From the IMG/VR virus record IMGVR_UViG_2882649382_000014: 64,000 nucleotides of DNA; one strand, 5' to 3'. This document shows, piece by piece, positions 20,372 through 29,401 of the stretch (within the stretch, counting starts at the first letter, position 1; each line of letters begins with the position of its first letter). Below the pieces are notes generated by a model. The model had not been told where the DNA came from. It saw only the letters and a list, made by a program, of their open reading frames with translations, and searched no databases. The position numbers and the translations under genes were made by a program. The DNA comes from an uncultured virus (IMG/VR IMGVR_UViG_2882649382_000014). Lineage: Duplodnaviria > Heunggongvirae > Uroviricota > Caudoviricetes.

Positions 20372-20446
20372 TTCTTCTTAGGTGCGACAGTAGCCTTGCC
20401 TGGCGAGGTGTTTTCGAGCCTGGAAAGGCTTCGCACCTTTTTTATT
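20372..20446 (+). terminator. ~75-bp hairpin/terminator, direct repeat copy 2
   Basis: TTCTTCTTAGGTGCG...CTGGAAAGGCTTCGCACCTTTTTTATT shared with copy 1. Confidence 0.65.
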
Positions 20447-20957
20447 GCTATCAAGAAACAGGGGAGCAGTATCACTCTTTTGGTTTCTACCCAGTCACGG
20501 GCAAGTTTTCCTTCTTGGTTTGGACTGTCTTTTACAAGCCATTTCTGACTCAAAACCGTTTACAAAGTCTCTGGACACTTCCATATCTGGGTTACCAGAC
20601 TTAGGGTTTCCGCTGCTGATTGGTGGTTTAGCCTGAATCCAAAGAGGCGCGCCACTTAGGTTTCCCATATGGCCTGCCGTATATTTTCTTGCCATTGCTG
20701 GCATCCTTTCGGAGTGCATGTCACGCCCATCGTTTCCAATCACGTTGTAGCTATACGGCACTATATATTCACTATAATAAAGCTTCCCAGCACTGGGGGA
20801 TAGCAGCCCCAATTACGGTTTATTTTATAGAACACTGTGAGTTGACTAAGTTCACACATTCCTGCCTTTGAAACCCGGTCTGCCGGGTAACTTAGGTATG
20901 AAGGGCATATTCAAAACAAATAACAGTTTATGAAATCCGTACACTCATACGGCGTTT

Positions 20958-22457
20958 ACCAGTGTTCTTGAAGCTTGTATATAAACCAGCTTCTAATCCA
21001 AGTGTCCCTAATGGGGATAGGGCAGGGACAAGCTCTGAGGCATGCTGGATGATGTTGTCAATCAAAACAGAGCCTGTCTTGAGTGCATCGGAATGTATTA
21101 TGCTGTTGACAAACTCTGTCCAGCTATTGGACAGCCTATTGAGCGTCCCGGTTAAATTCTGGGCGGACTGCCCTGCCGTTTCTATTGCAGAGCTCTTTCC
21201 TCTGGAATATTCTGCAAGCATGTTTTCATACTCCTGCCAGCCAGCCAGGAGCGCCGCCAGCTGTTCCGGGTGGTTCTGCCCAATGTTTTCTGTAATCTCA
21301 TTTTTTAATGGAGTCTTTTCTTCCAGCGCATTATATGCAATGGCCAAATCCTTTAAGATTTCGACGGGGGTTCGGAGATTTTCTGCGCTGCCGGCTGTTT
21401 CTGCCATGGCAGCATTGGCTTTTTGCAGCGTGTTTGCTATTTTATCAGAGGAAATGTCCTGCAGGGCAGAGATAATGGACTGGATGCCTTCGCCAATGGC
21501 TTCCCCGTCTTGCCTTGTATTTTCTGCGATTGTCCCCGCCAAGGCGGACAGTTCGTTGATTTTAATGCCTGCATTGGAGGCTGTAGAACCAGCTTTTTCC
21601 ATGACGGAAGCCATTGTCTTCAGGTTTACATGGTATTTGCCGGCAAGTGCGATCTGTCCGTCAAGGACGTCAGACAGCTTTTTGGCATCCTCTTTATATT
21701 TGTAGGCAGCGTTTGCGGCCAGCAGGTAGTTTTGCGCTGTTTCCGGACTTAGGCGGCCTGCCGTCTGGGCTTTTAAGGACAATTCTCCGAGGGAGTTTCC
21801 CTTTTGCCCGTAAATGCCTTGATTATTAAATCCATGGATGGCTGACAGGTAATCGGAAGAAAGCATGCCGTATTTTGATGCAGCGCCATAAGAAGCGCTG
21901 CCTAAGCTTTTTGTTTCACTTTCCGTAAAATGGTTTGCTTCTGAAATCTTTGCAAGGGTTGAATTGTTTTTTTGGATTGTCTTTAAGCTTTTCTGGAAGC
22001 TTCCGGCTGTCATCCTAACCATTTGAAAGGCAGAACTTAACCTGTCAAAAAAGTTTTCCAGGCTGTCCAATTTTAAATTGAGATTCAGGGGCACAGGGGC
22101 GTCCTGGATAGCTTTTTTGGCATCTGCAATTAATTTCTGGATTTTCAGCTTTGTTTTCCCGCTGTTAAACCCTGTTTCAATTTCTTTGAAAGAAAGGCTG
22201 TTGAAAGCCTTATCTATCTCAGTTTTTAACTCCCTTTTGTCAATTTTTGCCTTGAGCTTTATCTGCGTAAGCTGGCTTTCAAGCTGTCTGGCGTACTGTT
22301 TTAGCTGCTGCCGGCTTTCACCCCTGGCAAGTATGGCGGTCAGGCGGATGGTATGGACTGCTTTTTCCAGTTCTTTGATGCTGGAATTAATTTGCTTTTT
22401 GCTGGATTGTTTGTTTAACAGCCCGGTTAATTTTAGAATAGGTTCGTTATTTTCCAA
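20958..22457 (-). CDS. Tape measure protein, exon 1 (500 aa; the unspliced ORF stops at 20928)
   Basis: TP901-like TMP core (ELSALAGTIAENTRQDGEAIGEGIQSI; LRTPVEILKDLA); GGAGG RBS, TTG start. Confidence 0.85.
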
Positions 22458-23138
22458 TGATTTTACCTCCTTGGCTTTATATTTATATATATAAAGAGAG
22501 ATTACTGAAATAATCTCTCAGAGTTCCGAATTTTTAAAATATCTTCATCAAATGTGTTGCGGCATTCATTGTATAAGATAGTACTTCCCATGTTTTCCGC
22601 CTGCCTTCATAAAAGCAAATGGATGGCAGTCAACAGTTCTGCTGCAGAATAGTGGGATTGCTGGTTTAACGTTTTTTTGCAGAAGTATAACAGACAGGCG
22701 TTCCCTTTATGGCATTTTGTGTTAGTTGGGAAGATAGGAAAGATAGCTGGGAGTTCCCGATTTTAGCGCATGTGTCAAATTTTTGAAGAGTTTTATGTAA
22801 CGGGGGCTGAGAAATTTGTTTATGGAGAAGGGGTTCCTGCACCTTTTGCCTTAAAGCCGAACCAATCAACTGTATTGCTTACGGAATCTCCAACACTGTA
22901 AAGTCTGTGACGGTTGGATAAAATGTCAAGAAGATTGGAACTAAGGCTTTTTATGGTTGTAAAAAAATAAAAAATAATTAATAACTCAACTTTCCCATAG
23001 GGATTTCAACCTGAAATCCTTATAAATCTTAATATATTTAAGACAAAAAATGTCCTGTTGACATAGAAAAAAGCATCTGCCTCTGGTATCATAAAGTTAA
23101 CCCATAAACTCAAAAAACCGAGAGGAGATGCTAACTTT

Positions 23139-23890
23139 ATGATATTACAAAACAGTACAAATGAAAATACTTTACCTGAAATAAATATACAATTTATCAA
23201 AGCCATCCGGGAATTGAAAATCAGCGCCCTGCTCAAACAGTCTAACATATGCAAAGCCAGCTGTTCCAGGAATGGGGATGGCGGGAAGAAGCGTACCGCG
23301 TTTGAAATCTTCCAGTTCCTCCTCATGCTGGTGTTCGAAGGTACAGACCTGTTCCGGTTTCCTGGTTCAAAAAAGCAGGAAACCGCGTGTGCGAAAAGTA
23401 CATATTACCGTTTCCTGTCCAACTGCCATTACAGCTGGAGACGGTTTGTGCTGTTGCTTTCTGGAAAGGCCGCCGCATATTTCAGCACGCTTACACACCC
23501 GGAAAGGGTTAAATGTTTTGTTCTGGATGATTCTGTCATTCCACGCGGAAAAAGTAAAAAGGCTGGGCTGCTTTCTTTCGTCCATGGTCATGTCATCCAT
23601 AAAACCGTCAAGGGCTTCAGCCTCCTGCTGTCCGGCTGGATGGACGGTTGCAGTTTCTTGCCTGTTTCATTCAACATGCTGGCGTCCGCCAACGGGGAGA
23701 AGCGTATAAACCATGCAAACGAATCTATTGACAGGCGGACCAATGGCGCAAAAGCGCGGGAAGATGCCATAATGAAGAAGCCGGGGGCTGCAGCTGCTCT
23801 GATCCACAGTGCGCTTGAAGCGGGCATCGAAGCATCCTGTGTACTGATGGATACGTGGTTCACCAGCGAACCTTTCATATCCAGAGCCTT
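23139..23890 (+). pseudogene. Truncated IS4/IS701-like DDE transposase
   Basis: FVLDDSVI and VLMDTWF DDE motifs; the C-terminal half is replaced by integrase sequence. Confidence 0.75.
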
Positions 23891-24790
23891 TATTATGAAG
23901 AAACGGCTGTTTCGGCTTCTATTGCAAGGCTGGTAAAAACGGTGATGAATACGTCCATGCAGTATGCTGTGAATAAAAAAATCATTTCCATAAACCCAAC
24001 GATTGATGTGGCTCTGCCAAAGCAGGTAGAGAATAAAGCCTATCACACCCGGAACATTGATATACAAAAGACGTTGAATATGGAGCAGGTTTTAACGCTC
24101 ATTGAAGCGAGCAGGGAAACGCCAATCCATATGCAGGTATTATTTGCAGTGCTGTTAGGATTGAGGCGGTGTGAAATCAATGGGGTAAAATATTCGGATA
24201 TAGATTATATCAACCGGACATTGAAAGTGCAGCGGCAGTTAGGCAAGAAGCCAAACACGACTGCCGGGGACTTCCCGGCTAAGACGTTTACAAAACAGGA
24301 AATTGGGTTGAAAACGCCGTCCAGCTGCCGAACCATCCCCATACCGGATTATGTATTTGAAGCCATTCTGGAAGAAAGAAAAGTGTATGAGAAGAACCGC
24401 AGAAGGCGGTCAGGAACATTTCAGGATTTGGATTATATCTGCTGTTCCACCTATGGGCGTCCGAGAAGCAAGGATTTTCACTGGAGGCATTATAAAAAGC
24501 TGCTGGAGGACAATGGACTGCCCGATATAAGATTGCATGATTTGAGAAGTACCTTCTGCACTATCTTATTAAGGAACAATTTCAATCCTAAAGCGGTATC
24601 ACAGCTAATGGGACATGCGGAAGAAATCATTACCATAGATGTTTACGGAGATACCGCCGAAATCATTGAGGACTGCTTAGACGATCTCCAGCCGTTTATT
24701 GATGAAGTAATCCCGAAGGAAGAAAGTGAAGGCGGTACAGATTTTTCAGAAGACAATTATATAGAACAAATCAGTGAATTTCTTGCATGA
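23891..24790 (+). pseudogene. Tyrosine recombinase/integrase, N-terminally truncated
   Basis: GLRRCEI, HDLR, LMGH and DVY catalytic motifs; no native start, abuts the transposase fragment. Confidence 0.8.
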
Positions 24791-24821
24791 AAATTAGATA
24801 CTGGCATAATCAAATCGCATG

Positions 24822-24866
24822 AAAAAAGCACAGAACAAAAGTTCGGTTTTGGTCTGTGCTTTTTTT
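24822..24866 (+). terminator. Bidirectional intrinsic terminator
   Basis: AAAAAAGCACAGA...TCTGTGCTTTTTT. Confidence 0.75.
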
Positions 24867-25011
24867 GACTTATGTGTTATAATGAAAAACCAAATGACTG
24901 GATAATACTATCTGTACTGGCTGGTGTTATTCAGTGTTGTTTCGTTTTAAAAATATGGTTTTGTGACCTGCATTCGTGTAATTGCTATTTTAATGCTTAT
25001 TCGCCAGCTTT

Positions 25012-25260
25012 GCAAGCCCACAGGCGACCAGCCGCAGGCCATTGCCGAACTGGTCAAAGGCTTCAAGGAGGGCAATCAATTCCAGACTTTACTGGGGGTT
25101 ACGGGTTCCGGCAAGACATTTACGATGGCGAATGTCATTCAGGAATTGCAGAAGCCGACGCTGGTCATCGCCCACAACAAGACGCTTGCGGCGCAGCTTT
25201 ACGGAGAATTCAAGGAGATGTTCCCGGAGAATGCGGTGGAGTATTTTGTGTCCTATTACG
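25012..25260 (+). pseudogene. uvrB: Fragment of the 5' part of excinuclease ABC subunit B
   Basis: [10 protein letters not shown]...[12 protein letters not shown]...[29 protein letters not shown], then a stop; GC-richer than its flanks. Confidence 0.9.
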
Positions 25261-25459
25261 AAACCTGAAATTTGAATCTACATATAGTGTCTTCCTGTGC
25301 TGCTTTGTCCATATTTTGTGGAATATGTGGTATGGGTGGACTGGGTAACACATTATAGAAGGGGTGCAACAGGTGACGCTCATTCGTCCAGATGATGTTC
25401 GTAAAAGTAATGTGTGATACTGTTTTAAGTGTAGCGCATGGAGGCAAAGTTTTAGAATT

Positions 25460-25561
25460 AAATGCGAAAAGAGTTAAATAAACTCTATTTCGCATTTTTC
25501 TTTTATATCGGACAAACCTAGAAAAAATGCGGTAGAGCGTAAAAACTCTACCGCATTTTTT
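25460..25561. promoter_or_regulatory. Two related inverted repeats at the prophage left end
   Basis: AAATGCGAAAAGAGTT...AACTCTATTTCGCATTT and AAAAAATGCGGTAGAG...CTCTACCGCATTTTTT. Confidence 0.55.
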
Positions 25562-25594
25562 ATTTTACACATTTCCACGAGAGGAGGTAAGAAA

Positions 25595-25783
25595 GTGAGA
25601 AAACAGTACAAAAAATTGACCTATAGCGATAGGAAGAAAATTGAAATCATGTTAAAAGATGGAGCGACGCCAAAAGAACTAGCAAAAGAAACAGAAGTGC
25701 ATATTACAACGATTTACAGAGAATTAGAGAGAGGCGGCAGACCATACAAGGCAGACGAGGCACAAAAAACATTGTTTTGCTAG
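25595..25783 (+). CDS. Stand-alone IS30-type helix-turn-helix protein
   Basis: YKKLTYSDRKKIE...HITTIYRELERG; GGAGG RBS. Confidence 0.8.
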   Translation: MRKQYKKLTYSDRKKIEIMLKDGATPKELAKETEVHITTIYRELERGGRPYKADEAQKTLFC

Positions 25784-25795
25784 GGGGTAGAGAAC

Positions 25796-25939
25796 ATGGA
25801 AAATGAATTAGAAAAATTTAACGAATATATAAACGATTTAATAGACTTTTTTAACGGAAAAAAGACAGAGGAGGAAATAAACATCAGACCTATATCGTCA
25901 GAAGTAGATCAAGAAATGCAAAGAGATAGTTTTTATTGA
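25796..25939 (+). CDS. Small hypothetical protein (47 aa)
   Basis: MENELEKFNEYINDL...; GGGGG RBS; read directly from the sequence. Confidence 0.5.
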   Translation: MENELEKFNEYINDLIDFFNGKKTEEEINIRPISSEVDQEMQRDSFY

Positions 25940-25960
25940 GGCGGCAACGACCGCCAATAT

Positions 25961-26032
25961 GCGCCCTTAGTTCAACGGTTAGAACGCACGTCTTATAAAC
26001 GTGTAACACGGTTTCGACTACCGTAGGGCGTA
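25961..26032 (+). tRNA. tRNA-Ile, anticodon UAU
   Basis: Acceptor GCGCCCT/AGGGCGT; D stem GTTC/GAAC; anticodon stem CACGT/ACGTG with loop CTTATAA; T stem ACGGT/ACCGT with loop TTCGACT; no encoded CCA. Confidence 0.85.
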
Positions 26033-26251
26033 TTTGATAAAGGATCGGCAACCTTTACAAAGATATGCAGCAGGTCAATAGCTGCTATCTGAATACCATT
26101 GAAAAATGACGGTGGGCACACCATACCAGAGAGCGTGTAGTTGTTTGACAGGTTTTAGCAATTTTTAATGTGAAAATTGCAAGGTGGTATTACATCATGC
26201 CGGAAAGTTGGGATTGTTTGAAAAATAAGGATCCGCCGGAGGAGGCAGAAA

Positions 26252-26542
26252 ATGAAATTAAGAGATCATTTAGAGATAATAGACAATTCAGTAATGTTAG
26301 AAGTTTTAGACGGTTCAAAAGTGGTTTACAAGGGTTGGAAAGGCTGCTTTGAGCACAACAAAGAGGCAGTAAAGGTGTTAGACAGAGAAATAATAGGATT
26401 TGCATTGAGAGTTGACGCCAGAGGCAGACGCGAACCAGACACCGGGAAAAGAACCGTGATAACAGAATTGAATTGTGGGAAATTCAACTATTGCGACTTG
26501 TATATAGAATTAGTCTACTCATACAAATTAGCAAATAAATAA
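26252..26542 (+). CDS. Hypothetical phage protein
   Basis: 96 aa, GGAGG RBS. Confidence 0.65.
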   Translation: MKLRDHLEIIDNSVMLEVLDGSKVVYKGWKGCFEHNKEAVKVLDREIIGFALRVDARGRREPDTGKRTVITELNCGKFNYCDLYIELVYSYKLANK

Positions 26543-26724
26543 CCGATAGCCCCGCAATGGCTACCGGTTAGATACAAAGTGCAAAACACATTTAACTTTA
26601 ATAAAATTATACCATTTTTGCGCTTTGTAGTCAAGGGAGAAAAGCGGCTAAAAGTGCCGTTTCGGGCTTGTTCAAACTATTAACTTTAGGATCCCTACAA
26701 AGCGAAAAAGGGGGCGTAATTTTA

Positions 26725-27474
26725 TTGGCATATTTTAAGACAACAGTAAAAGCAGGAGCAACGATTGAGGTAACAAAAAGTTTCACAAAGAGAGTAGGGG
26801 TAAAAAATAAAAGGGATAAGGAGAAACCCGCTACAGAGGAAATGGAAAAGGTAAACGAGAAAAACGCAGAAAGAACATTGAGGCTAAAAATCAATGCTAA
26901 TTTTGGAGTAGATGATCTCTTTACCACATTGACATACAGAAAAGACGAGCGACCGACACCAGAGCAGGCAAAGAAGAATGTTAAAAAACTCATAGACAGC
27001 TTGCGGAAAGAGTTTAAGAAGATCGGGGAGGAATTAAAGTACATCAACGTAACAGAGTACAAAAACAAGGCGATACACCACCACTTAATCATTAACCATA
27101 TTGAGGGGCAGGACGTAGCAAGAATGGTTAGGCGACTATGGAAGTTTGGCAGACCGGATTTTAAGTTTCTGGACGACACCGGGCAATATAAAGATCTTGC
27201 GGCATATCTGATAAAAGAAACGTCAAAGACTTACAAGGAAAATGACGGAGGACACAAACAAAGATATAGTTGCAGCCGTAATTTGATTATACCAACGCCA
27301 AAGACAGAGATTGTAAAAAGGGCTACTAAATGGCTACCAGATCCAAAGCCAATAAAAGGCTACTACATAGATCAAGACACAGTATATAACGGCGTGGATC
27401 CATTCACAGGTAGAGAGTACCAACGCTACACAATGGTTAAGTTAGATTACGGAGGAGGCGGCAAGCATGGTTAG
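26725..27474 (+). CDS. Rolling-circle-type (HUH) replication initiator-like protein
   Basis: FTTLTY, IHHHLII and LAAYLIKE resemble RCR motifs 1-3; start uncertain (ORF opens at 26668). Confidence 0.7.
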   Translation: MAYFKTTVKAGATIEVTKSFTKRVGVKNKRDKEKPATEEMEKVNEKNAERTLRLKINANFGVDDLFTTLTYRKDERPTPEQAKKNVKKLIDSLRKEFKKIGEELKYINVTEYKNKAIHHHLIINHIEGQDVARMVRRLWKFGRPDFKFLDDTGQYKDLAAYLIKETSKTYKENDGGHKQRYSCSRNLIIPTPKTEIVKRATKWLPDPKPIKGYYIDQDTVYNGVDPFTGREYQRYTMVKLDYGGGGKHG

Positions 27475-27530
27475 TATATCAAAATACCCGGAACGCCTAA
27501 TAAATATTAGGTGGAGAGGGGGGTAAGGCG

Positions 27531-27950
27531 GTGGAATATTTGAAAGTGGATATTTATATACACGCAAAACACAAAGGAAATCCGAGAGGCGCAGGCGAGG
27601 CAACAGCAATATTGGAATTTATCAGCCGGAAGAATGAGGCACACATAAGGAAAGCGACGGCAGCAGTTGAGAATGACACAAAAAACGCATTAACCCTAAA
27701 AGTGATTGTTACGGCTTTGAAAATGCTTATCAAGCCTTGCGAGGTAGTGTTACATACGGATAACGAGTATATAAAATCATGCGTTGCGCTTGGGTGGTTG
27801 GAAACATGGCGGCAGCAGGATTGGAGGAAAGCAAACGGAAAGCAACCGGCAAATATGGAATTGTGGAAAGGTTTTTATATTTCCATGCAGATACACAAAA
27901 TTACATTCATGCCATACGAGGATAGGCAAGAATTTAACAACGAAAATTAG
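27531..27950 (+). CDS. RNase HI-like protein, probably degenerate
   Basis: KGNP, PCEVVLHTDNEY and WRKANGKQPANMELW; the first catalytic Asp and Glu are not evident. Confidence 0.7.
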   Translation: MEYLKVDIYIHAKHKGNPRGAGEATAILEFISRKNEAHIRKATAAVENDTKNALTLKVIVTALKMLIKPCEVVLHTDNEYIKSCVALGWLETWRQQDWRKANGKQPANMELWKGFYISMQIHKITFMPYEDRQEFNNEN

Positions 27951-27961
27951 GAGGTAGAGAA

Positions 27962-28603
27962 ATGGAGATTACAACAAAAGTAATGCAGCAGACAACATGG
28001 CAGCAGATTTTAGAGGACGTAAAAGCAGGCGAGGCGGTAAAGTACGCCGGGACAGAAACAGAAATCACATTAAAGGACGGCACAACAGCAGTTTTGGCAG
28101 TGGCAGCAGTAAACCATTACAAAGACAATGAGTTAGTGTTTGTGTTCAGAGATTATTTGAGCGACAAGAAACCAATGAATGAGGACGGAGGCAACGCCGG
28201 AGGTTGGAAAAAATCAGATCTTAGAAAATGGCTTAATAAAGAGTTTATTAAACTGCTGCCAGATGATTTACAAGAAGTGATCCACAAGAAAAAGACAGTG
28301 CAGGTAATTAACGGAGAGTGTTATAAATGCAAAGATTATCTGTTTTTACCGTCAGAAATGGAAATGTTTGGAGAGTGCAAATATTCAGAGGAGCAGGAGG
28401 GAGAAAAGCAGTTCCCTTATTACGCAGACAAGCATAACCGCAGCCGCACGATTGGTAAAAGTGGTTGTTGGGAATTTGGGTGGCTTTCGTCGCCGTCCGC
28501 GTCGTACACTACCAGCTTTTGCGGTGTCAACGGCGACGGCAGCGCCAGCTACACCGACGCGCGCGGCAGCTTTGGCGTAGCCCCGGCTTTCGTAATCCGT
28601 TAA
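27962..28603 (+). CDS. Remote DGR target protein (C-type-lectin-fold, DUF6273-like)
   Basis: GGWKKSDLRKWLN, LFLPSEMEMFG, WLSSP..GVAPAF; 3' end matches the TR. Confidence 0.9.
   Translation: MEITTKVMQQTTWQQILEDVKAGEAVKYAGTETEITLKDGTTAVLAVAAVNHYKDNELVFVFRDYLSDKKPMNEDGGNAGGWKKSDLRKWLNKEFIKLLPDDLQEVIHKKKTVQVINGECYKCKDYLFLPSEMEMFGECKYSEEQEGEKQFPYYADKHNRSRTIGKSGCWEFGWLSSPSASYTTSFCGVNGDGSASYTDARGSFGVAPAFVIR
28479..28593 (+). repeat. DGR variable region VR2
   Basis: 115 nt colinear with TR 59753-59867; 16 mismatches, all at TR adenines. Confidence 0.95.
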
Positions 28604-28614
28604 TCTTGCAATCC

Positions 28615-28633
28615 GCGCCGCCGTGTGCGGCGC
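28615..28633 (+). promoter_or_regulatory. GC-rich hairpin downstream of VR2 (candidate retrohoming cruciform)
   Basis: GCGCCGC-CGTGT-GCGGCGC. Confidence 0.7.
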
Positions 28634-28657
28634 ATACATAGAAAGGACTAGAACAAT

Positions 28658-29041
28658 ATGGAGAATTTGAACACGCAGGGAAGATATAAAAGAGGACAAA
28701 TATATTTTGTCAAATCAACGCATAAAGAGGTTGGCACGGAACAATGGGCAGATAGACCGGCGGTAATTGTCAGCAATGACGAAAATAACAAATGCAGTAC
28801 GGCAGTAGAAGTTTGCTATATGACAACAAGACCAAAAACAGATTTACCGACGCATTTTATTACAAATCAAGCGTTGCGACCGTCTACCGTGATTTGCGAA
28901 CAGGTAACAACGGTTTATAACGAGCGTATAGGGGAATGGATCGGAGAGTTAAGCCCGGAGGAAATGCAGCGGCTTGACAAATGTTTAGAAATTTCTTTAG
29001 GGCTTGAAAAGACAAAGCCAAAAGAACCCCCCGGAAATTAA
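28658..29041 (+). CDS. PemK/MazF-like protein; a C-terminal coiled coil (to 29132) is out of frame at a C6 tract
   Basis: KRGQIYFV, GTEQWADRPAVIVSND, TVICEQVTTV. Confidence 0.8.
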   Translation: MENLNTQGRYKRGQIYFVKSTHKEVGTEQWADRPAVIVSNDENNKCSTAVEVCYMTTRPKTDLPTHFITNQALRPSTVICEQVTTVYNERIGEWIGELSPEEMQRLDKCLEISLGLEKTKPKEPPGN

Positions 29042-29143
29042 AAGCCGGGCAGAATTTGAAAAGGTGCAGCGGGAAAGAGATTTATACAAAGATCTTTATG
29101 AACGCCTCAACAAAGAATTACTTAACGGATAGGAGGCGGCAGA

Positions 29144-29401
29144 ATGGATAAAGCAACATGGAGGGTAAAAGAAAGTAAAAATACCTATCGCGCTACTTAT
29201 TCGGGAGATTTGCAGGAGGCTTTAGACAAAGCAAAGAAAGACTTAGAGAGATACCAAAACAATAAGGATATAGCACACTGGTATTGGATAAGAGCAAAGG
29301 CAGAGGCAGCAATAAAAGCAAATGAAAGAGCGATAAATAGAGCGAACATATTTATTCAGCTTGCAGAAAAGGAATTAAAGGCAGGTGGAAAAAGTGATTA
29401 A
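29144..29401 (+). CDS. Hypothetical phage protein
   Basis: 85 aa, AGGAGG RBS. Confidence 0.6.
   Translation: MDKATWRVKESKNTYRATYSGDLQEALDKAKKDLERYQNNKDIAHWYWIRAKAEAAIKANERAINRANIFIQLAEKELKAGGKSD

Larger units (their letters stand above)
19440..20957 (-). ncRNA. Group I self-splicing intron in the tape measure gene
   Basis: Minus-strand core: P3 AAACCGU(20815-21)/ACGGUUU(20553-59); P4 UGCUG(20788-92)/CAGCA(20614-18); P7 GAGACU(20566-71)/AGUCC(20522-26); P8 GAGUCA-GAAA-UGGCUU; exon 1 ends in U, intron ends in G; guide sequence 20904-20927; in-frame junction. Confidence 0.85.
1..22457 (-). mobile_element. Defective/orphan siphophage-type tail module (continues left of the window)
   Basis: Co-oriented TMP, Dit-like, Tal, BppU-like and fibre-like genes; no head, terminase or tail tube gene upstream of the TMP. 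Confidence 0.8.

Noticed and set aside
20495..20812. 105-aa minus-strand ORF and other short ORFs in 20290-20871 as an intron-encoded endonuclease
   Set aside because: They overlap the ribozyme core helices and show no nuclease motif
13827..22457. Two independent tape-measure-like genes, or a simple pseudogene
   Set aside because: The intron core, guide sequence and in-frame junction explain the split better
22500..22980. Short ORFs upstream of the TMP
   Set aside because: No recognisable motif or RBS; likely decayed sequence
23855..24790. Integrase of the right-hand prophage
   Set aside because: N-terminally truncated, separated from the prophage by a terminator and the uvrB fragment, and not tied to any visible att repeat
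25272..25281. TGAATCTACA resembling an IS30-type end after the uvrB fragment
   Set aside because: Only 10 bp, recalled from memory, and no partner end was found
26061..26170. Hairpin-rich spacer after the tRNA as a second ncRNA
   Set aside because: One clear hairpin only; no cloverleaf or recognisable family
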